Of a DNA stretch of 64,000 nucleotides, positions 13,391-26,855 are shown piece after piece. The position numbers were made by a program, and so were the translations under genes. The stretch's first letter is position 1, and every line of letters begins with the position of its first letter. The DNA lies in the NCBI GenBank assembly GCA_951406725.2, contig OX597836.1, positions 29,450,001 to 29,514,000 of the forward strand. Reading direction: 5' to 3'. This DNA is from Octopus vulgaris (lineage: Eukaryota). The notes beneath the pieces are model-generated. The model saw nothing but the letters and a program-made list of their open reading frames with translations, did no database searches and was not told where the DNA came from.

Positions 13391-13812
13391 ATGCACACAT
13401 ACCCGACCTTAACCCTTTAAATGTGCAATTAAATTTCATAGTTATTTCATAGTTATTCCAAATAATGATGATAAATATCTGACAAAAACAGAATTGATAT
13501 TTTCTGCCAGTCACATTGCCTCACATTGACATATCTCAACAAAAAATGACTGAAACATATGAAGGAAAAGAGAAAGATGAACTCAAACAACCCAACCTGT
13601 AAAGTACATACCTTTACTACAACCTGTAAAAGATACAATTAACGCAAGAAGAACAAGGCTGAAGAAACATGGGGAGAAGTGGCGAATGGTGATTGTTGGG
13701 AGGCTGGGTCGCAAGAAGCAGGGATGTCAAGAGACTGAAACAGGAGGTGAAATGCTGCAGTGGAGAGGATTAATCCCACCTATACAAACATGGAAAGACA
13801 AATGTAATAAGA

Positions 13813-14110
13813 ATGGTGGTGGTGGTGGTGAGAGAGGTAGTGGTGATGATGATGGCGGTGATGGAGGTGATGGTGATGGTGGTAAGGATGGTGGTGGTGA
13901 TGGTGGTGGTAGTGGTGTTGATGATGATGGTAGTGGTGGTGGTGGAGGTGGTGATGGTGGTGGTGTTGATGGAGATGGAGTTGGCGGAGGTGGTGGTGGA
14001 GGTGGTGGTGGTGGTGGTGATGATGATAGTGGTGGTGGTGGTAATGATGATCATGATGGTGGTGGTGGTGGTAGTGATGGTGATGATGACGATGATGATA
14101 ATGGTTGTGA
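13813..14110. repeat. (GGT/GAT)n compound microsatellite
   Basis: Direct reading. Confidence 0.95.
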
Positions 14111-14348
14111 TAATGCTATATCTGAAAGTATGTGGGTTGGTTTTTCTCTTCATATAATCTAAAAGTGCTACAGTCATTAATTAATGAATCATCTAAAATT
14201 CTTGTAGTGCCCCAACATGGCCTCAGTCCAGTAAAATGATAAAATAAAAAAATCGAAGGAGACGAACATAAGCAGTTTCATGTTTCATACATAATCAAGA
14301 TAGTTGGTTCATATCTATATATGTGTATATATGTATACATAGTTATTT

Positions 14349-14731
14349 GGAGGCGCAATGGCCCAGTGGTTAGGGCAGCGGACTCGCGATCATTGGATCG
14401 CAATTTCGATTCCCAGACCGGGCGTTGTGAGTGTTTATTGAGCGGAAACACCTAAAAAGCTCCATGATGCTCCGGCAGGGGATGGTGGTGATCCCTGCTG
14501 TACTCTTTCACCATAACTTTCTCTCACTCTTACTTCCTGTTTCTGTTGTACCTGTATTTCAAAGGGCCGGCCTTGTCACTCTCTGTGTCACGCTGAATAT
14601 CCCCGAGAACTACATTAAGGGTACACGTGTCTGTGGAGTGCTCGGCCACTTACATGTTAATTTCAAGAGCAGGCTGTTCCGTTGATTCGGATCAACCGGA
14701 ACCCTCATCATCGTAACCGACAGAGTGCTTC
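14349..14731 (+). mobile_element. tRNA-derived SINE family C (octopus OK/OR-class)
   Basis: A box TGGCCCAGTGG and B-box-like TTTCGATTCC; copies at 2232-2520, 11812-12190, 21761-22060 (+) and 11572-11780 (-). Confidence 0.85.
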
Positions 14732-16526
14732 CACATAGTTATTTATTAAGGTTACAGAGCAGCCAAACACTAAAAGGGTGTTTCCATCTTAGGTTATTCA
14801 TTATCATCATCATCATCATCATCATTGTTAATGTCCACTTTCCATGCTGGCATGGGTTGGACGGTTTGACTGAGAGCTGGCAAGCCAGAAGGCTGCGTCA
14901 GGCTCCAATCCGATCTGGCAATGTTTCTACAGCTGGATGCCCTTCCTGATGCCAGCAACTCTGAGAGTATAGTGGGCGCTTTTTATGTACCACCGGCATG
15001 AGGGCCAGTCAGGCAGTACTGGCATCAGCCACGCTTGAATAGTGCTTTTTATATGCTACTGGCACGGGAGCCAGTCAGGTGGCACTGGTAACAATCATGC
15101 GCGAAAGGGGCTATTTATGTATATATGTTCTTATATATATATATAAGAACATCTATCTATTAATGTGTGTGTGTTTGTGTGTAAATATATACATATATAT
15201 GTGTGTGTGTATATAATGTATATACATATCCATACATGTATACATATACATACACATATATACATACATATATATACATATATATATGTATACACATACA
15301 TATATAAATATACATACATACATACACATTTGTGCATGATGTTAAATATTCATGATGTTGTCTCTGCAAATTTAGTCACCTTACAGTGCATAAATCTATT
15401 TCTTATCTCAGAACTTTCGTTTGTTTTCTCTTGTTCCAGAACATTTGTAGGGTTTTCATTGTTTTGTTGTTTTCTTTTCCTATTTAGGAGGAAGGACAGC
15501 ATTGATGACCATCTTTCAGGGCCTGCAAAACCCAGCATGGGGAGTGGAGGTGGAAGAGAGAATCATTGCATAAACTCATAGGTTACCCTTAAGCCAAAGA
15601 CCTCACCCAAACGTTTGCAACAGACCAGACTTAAGAAAAACCAAAGCCGTAAGTGATATCACTAACCCTTTAGCATTTAAAGCAGACATATCAGAACCAA
15701 AACTATTCTATCTATTTTGTGTTGAAAATGGCCAGATCTGGCCTTTCACACTTATCCTGTAATATCCTAAAAATAAGCGATTTATAGATGCAGGAGTTGC
15801 TGTGTGGTAAGTAGCTTGCTTACCAACCACATGGTTCCAGGTTCAATCCCATGGCGAGGCACCTTGGACAAGTGTCTCCTACTATAGCCTCGGGCTGACC
15901 AAAGACTCGTGAGTGGATTTGGTAGAGGGAAACTGAAAGAAGCCCATCATATATATATATATGTTTGTGTGTCTGAGTTTGTCCCCGCACCATCACTTGA
16001 CAACTGTTGTTGGTGTGTTCACATTCCCGTAAATTAGCGGTTTAGCAAAAGAGACCAATAGAATAAGTCCTAGGCTTACAAAGAATAAGCCCTGGGGTCA
16101 ATTTATTCGATTAAAGGTGGTGCTCCAGCATGGCCACAGTCAAATGACTGAAACAAATAAAAGAATAACCACAGCATCAGAATCTCAAGGCTACGAGACA
16201 ATGTGAATAAACAAGCTTTGTATTGGATAAGCTTTGTATTGGACAAAGTTATCTGGGTGAGGGATCAAGTTGGCTGCCCTAAATGAGGTGCAATTTATGT
16301 GATGAGCAGGTATCCCTGCAGGAACTATCACATAAAGTGGTTGGTGTTATGAAGGGCATCCAGCCATAGAAACCATGCCACAACAGACAGCAGAAGGCTG
16401 GGCAGCTCCCAGGCTTGCAAGCTCCTGTCAAACCATCCAACTCATAATACAGTTCTATATTTAAGAGATGAGGAATTGTGTACATTATTTACATTCGACG
16501 GATATTTGTCCTCATCTTGTTTGTTA

Positions 16527-16570
16527 ACACAATATTTTGGTTGATATACCCTCCGGCCTTCATCAGGTGT
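16527..16570 (-). ncRNA. Decayed minimal hammerhead of the Penelope pseudo-LTR
   Basis: ACAC CTGATGA A GGCCG-gagggtatat-CAACC AAAA TA TT GTGT (GAAA mutated to AAAA). Confidence 0.7.
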
Positions 16571-16672
16571 CTTGGGGAGGGGAAATTTCGAATCTTGGTT
16601 CTCATTCCTAAGGTATTTTTCAATGTTGTTGTTATTATTGTTATGATTGCTCTTCTTCTTCTTCTTCTTCTT

Positions 16673-16747
16673 CAGGTCACTACTTGGAATCAAACTCAGA
16701 ATCTTGGGGTTAGTAGCCCGTGCTCTTAACCATTATACCATATGCCC
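16673..16747 (-). other. tRNA-derived Pol III head inside the Penelope 3' repeat
   Basis: GGGCATATGGTATAATGGTTAAGAGCACGGGCTACTAACCCCAAGATTCTGAGTTTGATTCCAAGTAGTGACCTG: decayed A and B boxes at tRNA spacing. Confidence 0.7.
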
Positions 16748-17797
16748 GTGGGCAATTATGGAGTGAATTTTAAGGTTTATAAATCTAATATTTTCCTATC
16801 CTTCCTTAATACTGGTTCCCATATGCTACTCATATCTGCACTCAGTCTGCTTAGGAGGTTGTTGTGTTCTAGCATATTTGCTGCTTCTTTTAGTTTTCAT
16901 ATTTTCCATTGGTGTTCTCTGACTATTATTTTAACTTCATCCCACAGAGGGAGGTGGTCTCCATTTATCCATACATGACCAGCTATACCTGATTTATCAA
17001 TATCTCCTCATGACACAGCTTTGCGATGTTCGTCTGTCCTTATTTTGATGGGGTGGCATGTTTCGCCTTTGTATAACCTACCACAGTTGCATGGGATGGA
17101 ATGCACACAGTCCAACTCATGCCAGCATGGAAAGCAGACATTAAATGATGATGATGATAATGACAATGATTTTTATGATTAAATATTACTGGAAACTGCA
17201 TACAAAAAAATTAAGATATTTAGCATATTGTAAAAGTATAAGTAATTTATTGCATATAAATTTTAACAGAAAAAAACCTTATATGTACCCATAAGGGTCA
17301 TATGCTCCACCTCCCCTGTCAATTGAAAATCACTGGTTTAAATAGTTATAGAGTCTGTTTGTTGTCTGACTCAGAAGGCTGGCTTTCAATGATTATCAGT
17401 TGCAATGGTATTTCTGTTGTATAATACAACAATACAATCACAACACATGCAATCTGTAAAATTTTTTATTTATTTATATATTTTTCTTCTTATTTTATGG
17501 AGATGTACTTGCATAGCAAGTGACCCGATCTGAGATCGTGTGCTGAACCAAAAACAATTTCAGCATCGAAGGTGTTTATAAGCCATTTAAAAACAGACAA
17601 AAAACCGTTAGATTCACTTCAACATTTAAATTTAATTTGTCGAAATATTTTCGTTGCTATGAAACCGCAACCTGTTCCGCAGTTTCATAGTGACGAAAAT
17701 ATTTCGACAAATTAAATTTAAAAGCTGAAGAGAATCTAACGGCTTTTGTGTGTTTTTAAATGGCTTATAAACACCTTCCACACTGCAACTGTCCAAT

Positions 17798-17824
17798 TTT
17801 ATTTTTATATTATTTTATTTTATT
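17798..17824 (-). terminator. Candidate AADAT polyadenylation signals (three AATAAA on the minus strand)
   Basis: TTTATT at 17798, 17814 and 17819 on the + strand, ~380-400 nt downstream of the stop codon. Confidence 0.45.
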
Positions 17825-18200
17825 TCTGCTGTAAGGTTTGCAATTGACAGATACAATGTAGGATCCACTGGTTTCAATAAGTTCCTGTATGTTGTAGTGG
17901 CACCATTTGGTTACAATACTTTTTAGTGATGAACTTGTGATACCAAGAAACTTTTTTATGTAGTTTTTTAAGTAGTTCTTAAGAGTAATGATTATAGTTG
18001 CCAAATGAAGAACTAAAGCTTTATAAAAATAAAGCTACATATTTTTGATACATATATATATAAAAGTATATTGTTTTTTTTCTATCTCTTTGCAGCTGAA
18101 TTATAATGGATATATTAAATGTAATTCCCTCACAGCAAAACGTCTGTTGCTAAATGGGATATTACCAAAAACATGCAAAATGGCCAGAACCATTCCAACT

Positions 18201-18248
18201 TTAATAACCTCTCTGTTCTTTCACCAATTCTGCTAGACGTTGAAAAGC
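18201..18248 (-). CDS. AADAT: AADAT last coding exon (AFQRLAELVKEQRGY*)
   Basis: ctttttcag acceptor; TAA at 18203-18201. Confidence 0.93.
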   Translation of the reverse strand, partial: AFQRLAELVKEQRGY

Positions 18249-19686
18249 CTGAAAAAGAAAACAGAAATACTTTTTAGTAAAAAAGAAAAAAAAAAGACTT
18301 AGCACTTTAGCATTTAAATTGACCGTATCCAGCCCAAATATTCTACCATATCTGGTCTCTCACACTTACCCTACAATGTCATTCTAAAAATAAACAATAA
18401 CATCATCGAAATTTCTAAGTTATGAGATTGAGACCATCTTTGGTCATGAATGACCATGGGATTGCACCTACAAAGTTACACTCCGAGGCACAAGTTCGGG
18501 CAAGGTTGTTTATTGAAGACCAGCAATCGCCCATGCATACTGGCCTCACCCATCCATGCCACTGATGTTATCCAAGGGAAAGGCAACGGCCAATACAGCT
18601 TGGCACCAGTGACGTCGCAACTCATTTCTACAGCTAGTGTGCTGAAGCAATGTGAAATAAAGTGTCTTGCTCAAGAACACAACACGTAGCTTGGTCTGAG
18701 AATCGAACTCACAACCTCACAATCGTACACTCGACGCTCTAACCACTGAGCCATATACCTTCACAAGTTATGAGATAATATAAGATTCATTCAAAAGAAT
18801 ATGGATGAATAAGTATTACATTTGACAGAGTAATCTGATCGACCCCAGTATGCAACTGGTATTTAATTTATTGACCCCAAAAGGATGAAAGGCAAAGTCA
18901 ACCTCGGCAGAATTTGAACTCAGAACATAAAGACAGACGAAATACCATTAAGCGTTTTGCCCGGTATGCTAACGTTTCTTATTTCTTTATTGCCCACAAG
19001 GGGCTAAATATAGAGGGGACAAACAAGGACAGACAAAGGGATTAAGTCAATTACACCGACCCCAGTGTGTAACTGGTACTTAGTTATCGACCCCGAAACG
19101 ATGAAAGTCAAAGTTGACCTCGGCAGAATTTGAACTCAGAACGTAAAGACAGACGAAATACCGTTAAGCGTTTGCCCGGCATGCTAACATTTCTGCCAGC
19201 TTGCCGCCTTAAGTGTAGATATTATTAGCATATCAAAATGTTGCCAGAATTTCCAAAAATTACGTAAAAGTTCACAGTTCCTGTACTAGGGGCATATGGT
19301 CAGGATATATAATTTATGTATATATAATGTATCATTTATCTTTTATTTGTTTCAGGCATTAGATTGTGGCCATACTGGGGCATGCCATGAAGAATTTTTA
19401 GTCAAATGTATTAACCCCAGTACTTATTTTATTGGTCTCTAATGCTGAACCTCTAAGTTATGGGGATGTAAACACACCAACATTGGTTATCAAGCAGTAG
19501 TGGGGAACAGACACAAACACACATATATATACACGATGGGCTTCTTACAGTTTCTGTCAAACAAATTCACTCAGAAGGCTTTGATCAACCCAAGACTATA
19601 GTGGAAGACACTTGCCTGAGGTGCCATGCAATGAAATTGAATCCAGTACCATGTGGTTCAGAAGAAAGCTTCTTACCACACAACTG

Positions 19687-19723
<37 letters not shown>

Positions 19724-20254
19724 ACTTTTATATTAGTCATAATTTACTTACCAAATATATATCTTGAGTATCACAGAGAGAAAAAGCTGCCCTGATATAA
19801 GGGCACGGCTCATTAGAGGGCATGAAGGCACTTCCTGGAACAAAAAGAATGTCCTTCTCTTTCCCTTTTTCCATTATGAGTTTATAAGTGTCTTCTATAC
19901 CAATTAACTTCAGCCATAGGAACATACCTCCAGCAGGAACATTCCATTCTGCAATACCTAAATCAATAACAAAATTATATTGTAGTAGGCACGTGAAAGT
20001 AATGTTGTGAGTAAACAAACATTTAGATTAGTTGAAATATATTTGGGTCATAGTTGAGCTAGAAAAAGGCCATATTCACTGCTGTTTGCCATTGAGAAAA
20101 ATTCTTGCTTAGGTGAATATTTCATTTTAGTCTAGGCAGTCCCACTGCATGGTACCTTGGGCAAGTGTCTTCTACTATAGCTTCAGGCTGACCAAAGCCT
20201 TGTGAGTGGATTTGGTAGACGGAAACTGAAAGAAGCCTGTCATATATATGTATG

Positions 20255-20305
<51 letters not shown>

Positions 20306-21641
20306 TTGTGTGTGTGTCTGTGTTTGTCCCTCCCAACATCGCTTGACAACCGATGCTGGTATGTTTATATCCCCGTAACTTAGCGGTTCAGCAAAAGAGA
20401 CCGATAGAATAAGTACTAGGCTTACAAAGAATAAGTCCTGGGGTCAATTTGCTCAACTAAAGGCGGTGCTCCAGCATGGCCACAGTCAAATGACTGAAAC
20501 AAGTAAAAGAGTAAACAAATTGACCCCAGCACTTATTATTTTTTTTAAGGCCTGGTATTTATTCTATCAGTCTCTTTTGCTGAACCGCTCAGTTATGCAG
20601 ATGTAAACACACAAACACTAGTTGCCAAGTGATGGTGGGACACACACAAAGACGATATTACCTGGATAACTGTCTAGTAGGTCATTACTTGTTGATGTGA
20701 TCCTGCTCCTACCAGCTCAGAAGACATTCCAACATACTAAAGGTTAAGTCGCCCTACCCAAGAAGGCGGCGAGCTGGCAGAATCGTTAGCACGCCGGGCG
20801 AAATGTGTAGCCGTATTTCGTCTGCCGTTACGTTGTGAGTTCAAATTCCGCCGAGGTCAACTTTGCCTTTTCATCCTTTCGGGGTCGATAAATTAAGTAC
20901 CAGTTATGCACTGGGGTCGATATAATCGACTTAATCTGTTTGTCTGTCCTTGTTTGTCCTCTCTGTGTTTAGCCCCTTGTGGGCTATAAAGAAATAGTCT
21001 TCCTACCCAAGAAAACAGAAAGACTACACGAAAAGCCCTTTACCTTTCAGATGTTTTTCAGCAGCATCAATAGTTATATCTCTACGCTTTTCATAAAATT
21101 CCGCTACTTTTTTAGTATGTTCCCTGAAGCCAGACAAGCCCCATTCTGTTAAAATCTTGTAGATCAAAAACTATAACAAAAAAAAAAAGAAAAAACAGAA
21201 AGGAATTTGTTTTGTATTGATTATATTGAATATAGGCATGCTTCATGGATAACAAATTCATTTTGCAAACATAGGTTCAATCCCATTGCACAGTAGTTTA
21301 GGTAAGTACCTTCTACCATTTCTAGTGTAGATTCAGACAGGCCAATACCTCGCTTGTGGAGATTTGATAGATAGAAGCTATACAGAAGCCCGTCATAAGA
21401 GAGAAAGAGAGAGAGACAGACAGACAGAGAGACAGACAGACAGAGAGAGACAGAGAGAGAGACAGAGAGTGTGCACACATTCATGAATGTGTGCATGTGG
21501 GAGGTTTCAGGTTCAGTGCCACAACATTGCACCTTGGGTAAATATCTTGTACTATGGTCCCAAGCCAGCCAAAGCATTATAAGTCGGTTTTGTAGGCAGA
21601 AACTGAAAGAAGCTGGTTGTGCGTATGTATGTATGAATATA

Positions 21642-21735
<94 letters not shown>

Positions 21736-22059
21736 ATATATATATATATATATATGTGTGTGGAGGCACAATGGCCCAGTGGTTAGAGCAGCGGACTCGC
21801 AGTTGTAGGATCGCGGTTTCGATTCCCAGACCGGGCGTTGTGAGTGTTTATTGAGCGAAAACACCTAAAGCTCCATGCAGCTCCGGCAGGGGGTGGTAGC
21901 GATCCCTGCTGTACTCTTTCGCCACAACTTTCTCTCACTCTTTCTTCTGTTGGCCTGCTCGCTTAGCCAGTGGGGTGGCGTCATTTAAAGGCTAAAACAA
22001 TGTGAAGCGCATTGTGACCAGCGATATGGCAACATCTGATAGCCTGGTCGGTCACGGTG

Positions 22060-22126
<67 letters not shown>

Positions 22127-25100
22127 CTCTCTGGCATGTATATGAGGCATTTCACCCTCCATATTTTTAAGAGGTCACGGCGAACAGGTTTTTGGGATTT
22201 GATGGCATGCCATCAAGCTAAACCCTTTATGGACAGGAAACCTAAGGTAATCCGATAAATAGGCCTTCCCCATTTTTAATATATACTGCACTACATCTTT
22301 GGAGGTGAGATATGTTAAATGCACTCAAAAAAACCTATGGAAAAACATTATTTCACACCGAGGTTACAAACAGGTCTTTTACAAAATATTTACCATATTT
22401 TTCAAGTCATTTACAATTTAGAATATTTTTTAAATATGCCAAAAAAATATTTTGTAATGGTATTCACTTGAAAAAGTGATGAGATCTCACAGCAGGCATT
22501 GCCATCGCCGAGACTGGAGCGAGACCTCACCTGCATCCATTTGCCAAGCGCAAGACCACAACGATGCTCGCAATGGCAAACTGGATATAAGAGCCCAACA
22601 AAAACAGATTCATTCTCTTTTCACCACAAGCGCTTGCTGAGCACACTTCACTGGCTGGGACTACAAGCTAGTCCTGTCAGCATGTTGTATCTCCAGAGGC
22701 AATGGGCCCACGTTAACAGAGATACAACGAAACGCACACAGCTTGAGATGGTATGCTGGGAGCAACACACTTCATCTATTTTGTAAAACTTGTAAATAAA
22801 CCAGTTGTGAATTGCATTTATATTAAAAAATTCTTTCCTTGCCTGCTGGAGTCTGAACTACACGAAGAACAATATTTAATGGGAGAAGGCGATATTCACC
22901 CGATATCGTAAACCTTGCCTCCCATTATAAATGTATCCAGAATGATGAGAGCACTTCACTATTAGATTATGTACTAGGCTTAAAAATAAGCTCTGTGATC
23001 AATACCATTGACTTCAAGGTGAGTGCTCTAGCATGGCCACAGTCTGATGACTGAAGCAAGTGCAAGAATAAAACAATAAAGGTCCCTGGAACATACCTGT
23101 GTTAAACCACTGACATGAACTGTTGATGTCTGCAGATGAAGCAATATCCGATCAACAACATACGCTGGCCCAGTTATGAAACCACATCTCAGCCTAGAAA
23201 TAATAAAATAATGAATATTAATATTTTTTCTAATTTTGGCACAAGGCCAGCAATTTTTAATGGGGTAAGGATAAGTTGATTACATTGGCCCCAGTGTTCA
23301 ATGTACTTATTTATTTATTTTATTGACCCCAAAGGAACGAAAGGTAAAGTCGACTTTGTTGGAATTTGAACTCAGAAAGCAAAACCAGAAGAAATGCTGC
23401 TAAGCATTTTGTCCACCATGCTAATGATTCTGCCAGCCTGCTGCCTTCTTAACGAATATTCTTTTTTACTCTAGGCACAAGGCCTGAAATTTTGGGGGAG
23501 GTGGCCAGACGATTAGATCGACCCCAGTACACAAATGGTACTTAATTTATTGACCCTGAAAGGATGAAAGGCAAAGTCGACCTTGGGGGAATTTGAACTC
23601 AGGATGTAAAGATAGATGAAAAATCATTAAGTATTTCGCCCAGCATGCTAACATTTCTGCCAGCTCACCGCCTTATCTTGGTACCATATATTCTTTTCTA
23701 CTCTAGGCACAAGTCCCAAAATTTTTGGGGAGAGGGCCAGTCAATTAGATCGACTCCAGTATGCAACTGAAAGGATGAAAGACAAAGTCGACCTTGGCAA
23801 AATTTGAACTCAGGACAAAGACAGACGAAATACCTTTAAGCATTTCGCCTAGTTGAGAAGCAAACATCTTAACACACCAGTACCAGTAATTTTGTTTTTT
23901 ATTTGATCTCTGACAGGAGACTTAGGAGTAGATCAAGTGATGGTTTGGATAATATCCATAGTCTCAGCTGGTCATGTTTGGGAATCCATCCAAGGAGTGT
24001 AATGATGGTTAGAACCCTATAGAGAAGATGCCTGAGGATTCTACCCTCAACAACTCACTCAGGAATTGTGAGCAGAGCAAATGGATGACTGGGTAGCTGG
24101 ATGTTTCTCAAAATCAATAAGATCAAAGAGCACAGTTCTTGCATGGTATAATAGTTCTATCGGCTATAATGTATTAATTATTAAAAGATTGGTATGATGT
24201 GTGCAAAAATGAAAATATGTGGCTTTTTGCCCAACTGTTTGTATAGAACCATTGTTGTTTTGCTAACAATAGAACTTGTACAAAGTTGGAGAGTCTAGAA
24301 TAATAATATAACTCATTCAAATAATGTAAGTAATTATTGAAATGATGCCTTAACTTGCACAAAGCTTTCAGGACTGAAAGACCAGCTTCAATGATGGGAT
24401 GAAACAAATAAATCAATTGAAAGATTAAATTGAATGAAAGGCCAAGCTGAATGAAAAACTAAGAATGAAACAAGCTGAATGCATTGCCAACTTCAATGAA
24501 AGACAAAAAGGAATAAAAGATAAAAATGAATGAAAGAAAAGAATGAATGAAAAATAAAAATGAAGGAAAGAAAAAACTGAAGGAAAAATAGAAGGGAACA
24601 AAAACAAAAATTATTAAAAAACAAAAATAAATGAAAGATAAAAATGAAGAAAAGTCAAAAATGAAAGAAAGATGAAAAGAAATATGAAAGAAAAATGAAT
24701 GAAAAACAGAAGTGAATGAAAGACAAAAATGAATGAAAAACAGAAGTGAATGAAAGACAAAAATGAATGAAAGATAAAAGTGAATTATATACCAAGACAA
24801 ATGAAAGAGAAAACTGAGTGAAAAACAGACTTGAATTATTGACCAATTTGAATGAAAAGTCAAGTTGAAAGACAGACCAAAATGTATGAAAGATCAATTT
24901 GAATAAATAATTGATAAATCTGAATAAAAAAAACAATTTAAACAAAACTCTGAGCTGAAGGAAACACCAACTTGTAGAGAACATCATACAGAATAAAAAT
25001 CCATATTGAATATCTATATTTACATTAGATTTTCATCAGCTGGATTTTTGAACAAAACACAATATAGATATAAATATCTAACCCTTTGTGACCATATTTC

Positions 25101-26805
25101 TGTTGAGATGCTCTGTGTTTCTTTCAATTAATTTTAAATATAACAAAGAATTTAGTAAACTAATTTAGTTATAATTGAGCTAGTGTTAGGAACATAAATT
25201 GTGACTAAGGTTTGGTGGAAGATTTTAATTCAGAACTTTTGAAAACAAGACATTTGTACTACAGGGCCAGAGGTGGTTTCAGGCAGGTTGGTATCAAAAG
25301 GGTTGAAAAAAAATCATCCTAAAAGATGAGGTTAATAATTACAAAACTTATACCACATTTTCCAGCACACAGGTTGAATATTTCAGATCAAAATTTACAA
25401 TCAAAAAGAATAGGTTGATTTAGATACCAAAACAACTTGAGGACCAAAAATTCCATGTGTAATGCATCAAGATTTGGAAAGATAATGACAATATTTGAAT
25501 GTTTACATCAGGGCTGGCCAACCTGAAGCCCACGGGTTGCATGCACCCTACAGACTTTATCTTATGGCCTGCTTGATACTTCCTTGAAATGGGTTTATTT
25601 AAACAAACATTTTAAAAATTTTATCAAAAATTAAAGATTGTTATGAAAGGTAAAAAAGAAAGATACTACTGTTTATGCAACGATAATATTTCATGATGAA
25701 TCAATGATCATTCAATTCATTATTGTAATAATAGCATGAGAAAGCAAAATGCTTTCAATTCTGTCAGTATACAAGCAGCCCTCAAAAAACGTTCTGTGAT
25801 TAAAGTGGCCCACAATGTAATTCTAGTTGGCCAGGCCTCGTTTACACTATGTTTCTGCTATATACTATATTGGCATGTGTGCTAGAAAATACTGTAATAT
25901 TTTTAAACATCTAATCTGCAAAATAATAATAAAAATTATACTTAACTTACCCAGAAGAAATAAGTTTTGAAAATGAGTCGGCTCTGACAACTCTCCCATC
26001 GACATCAAGTGAAAGAAAACTAGGAATATAATCCTAAAAAGTAGACATAACATATAAGCTAAAATTTTGAAGTCACTATCATCGGCCTTCATTTTAATGT
26101 CAAATTGTTTTTATATATAACTTGACAGGAAAACAAACATTAATATATATATAGTAAAATAAGGATTCAGACAGAACCAGGTACTTGAAAAGATATGCAC
26201 CAGGTAGGGTTGGATAAACCTGTGGTTCCAGCCTATGGTTCATAAGTATCAAATATGATATTCCAGTTGTGTACATAGAGAAAACCAACCCTAGGAGTAT
26301 TTAGCACCTAGGGGCACACATATAAATATGACAGAAAATGTCAGACAGACAGGTCAGTTATTCCTCTCCAATTTTTTGCAAATTCTTAAATATATCTCCA
26401 TCTGTATATTAGAGATGTTTGGTAGTATACCAAACAAACATGATTTTTATTGAACTCAAATTACTTATTGTCGTCCTGTTCTTGAATACTTTCTTGTAAA
26501 CTGTTTGTAACATTTTCTTATCATTATCAAAGAATGTATAACTGTATTTTAATACTTTTGTGATAACCAGTACTTAACACAACAAAGCTTATACAAAGCT
26601 TTACATTTTACTTTTGACAATCTTTTTCTAAAAAAGTGAAACTGGTCAAGTCAATAAACATCTCTAAAAGTCCATTGCATTTTCAAACCTTCTTTCATAT
26701 ATATATATATAAATTAGAGAAAAACCACTATTATGCAATTCAAACAATGATAGACATAAACCAAATCATAAATAAAAAGTAAAATATATGTATATACTCC
26801 CTAAT

Positions 26806-26855
<50 letters not shown>

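Larger units (their letters stand above)
16446..17110 (-). mobile_element. 5'-truncated Penelope-like retroelement: GIY-YIG endonuclease remnant plus 3' pseudo-LTR
   Basis: 17110->16777 translates CVHSIPCNCGRLYKGETCHPIKIRTDEHRKAVS*GDIDKSGIAGHVWINGDHLPLWDEVKIIVREHQWKI*KLKEA... (the PLE GIY-YIG pattern). A 10-bp TSD TCCAACTCAT (16436-16445 and 17111-17120) splits a SINE. Confidence 0.9.

Noticed and set aside
14349-14425. tRNA genes suggested by A/B boxes (also 11812, 16673, 21761, 30376)
   Set aside because: These are SINE heads without a paired acceptor stem, each running into a repeat body.
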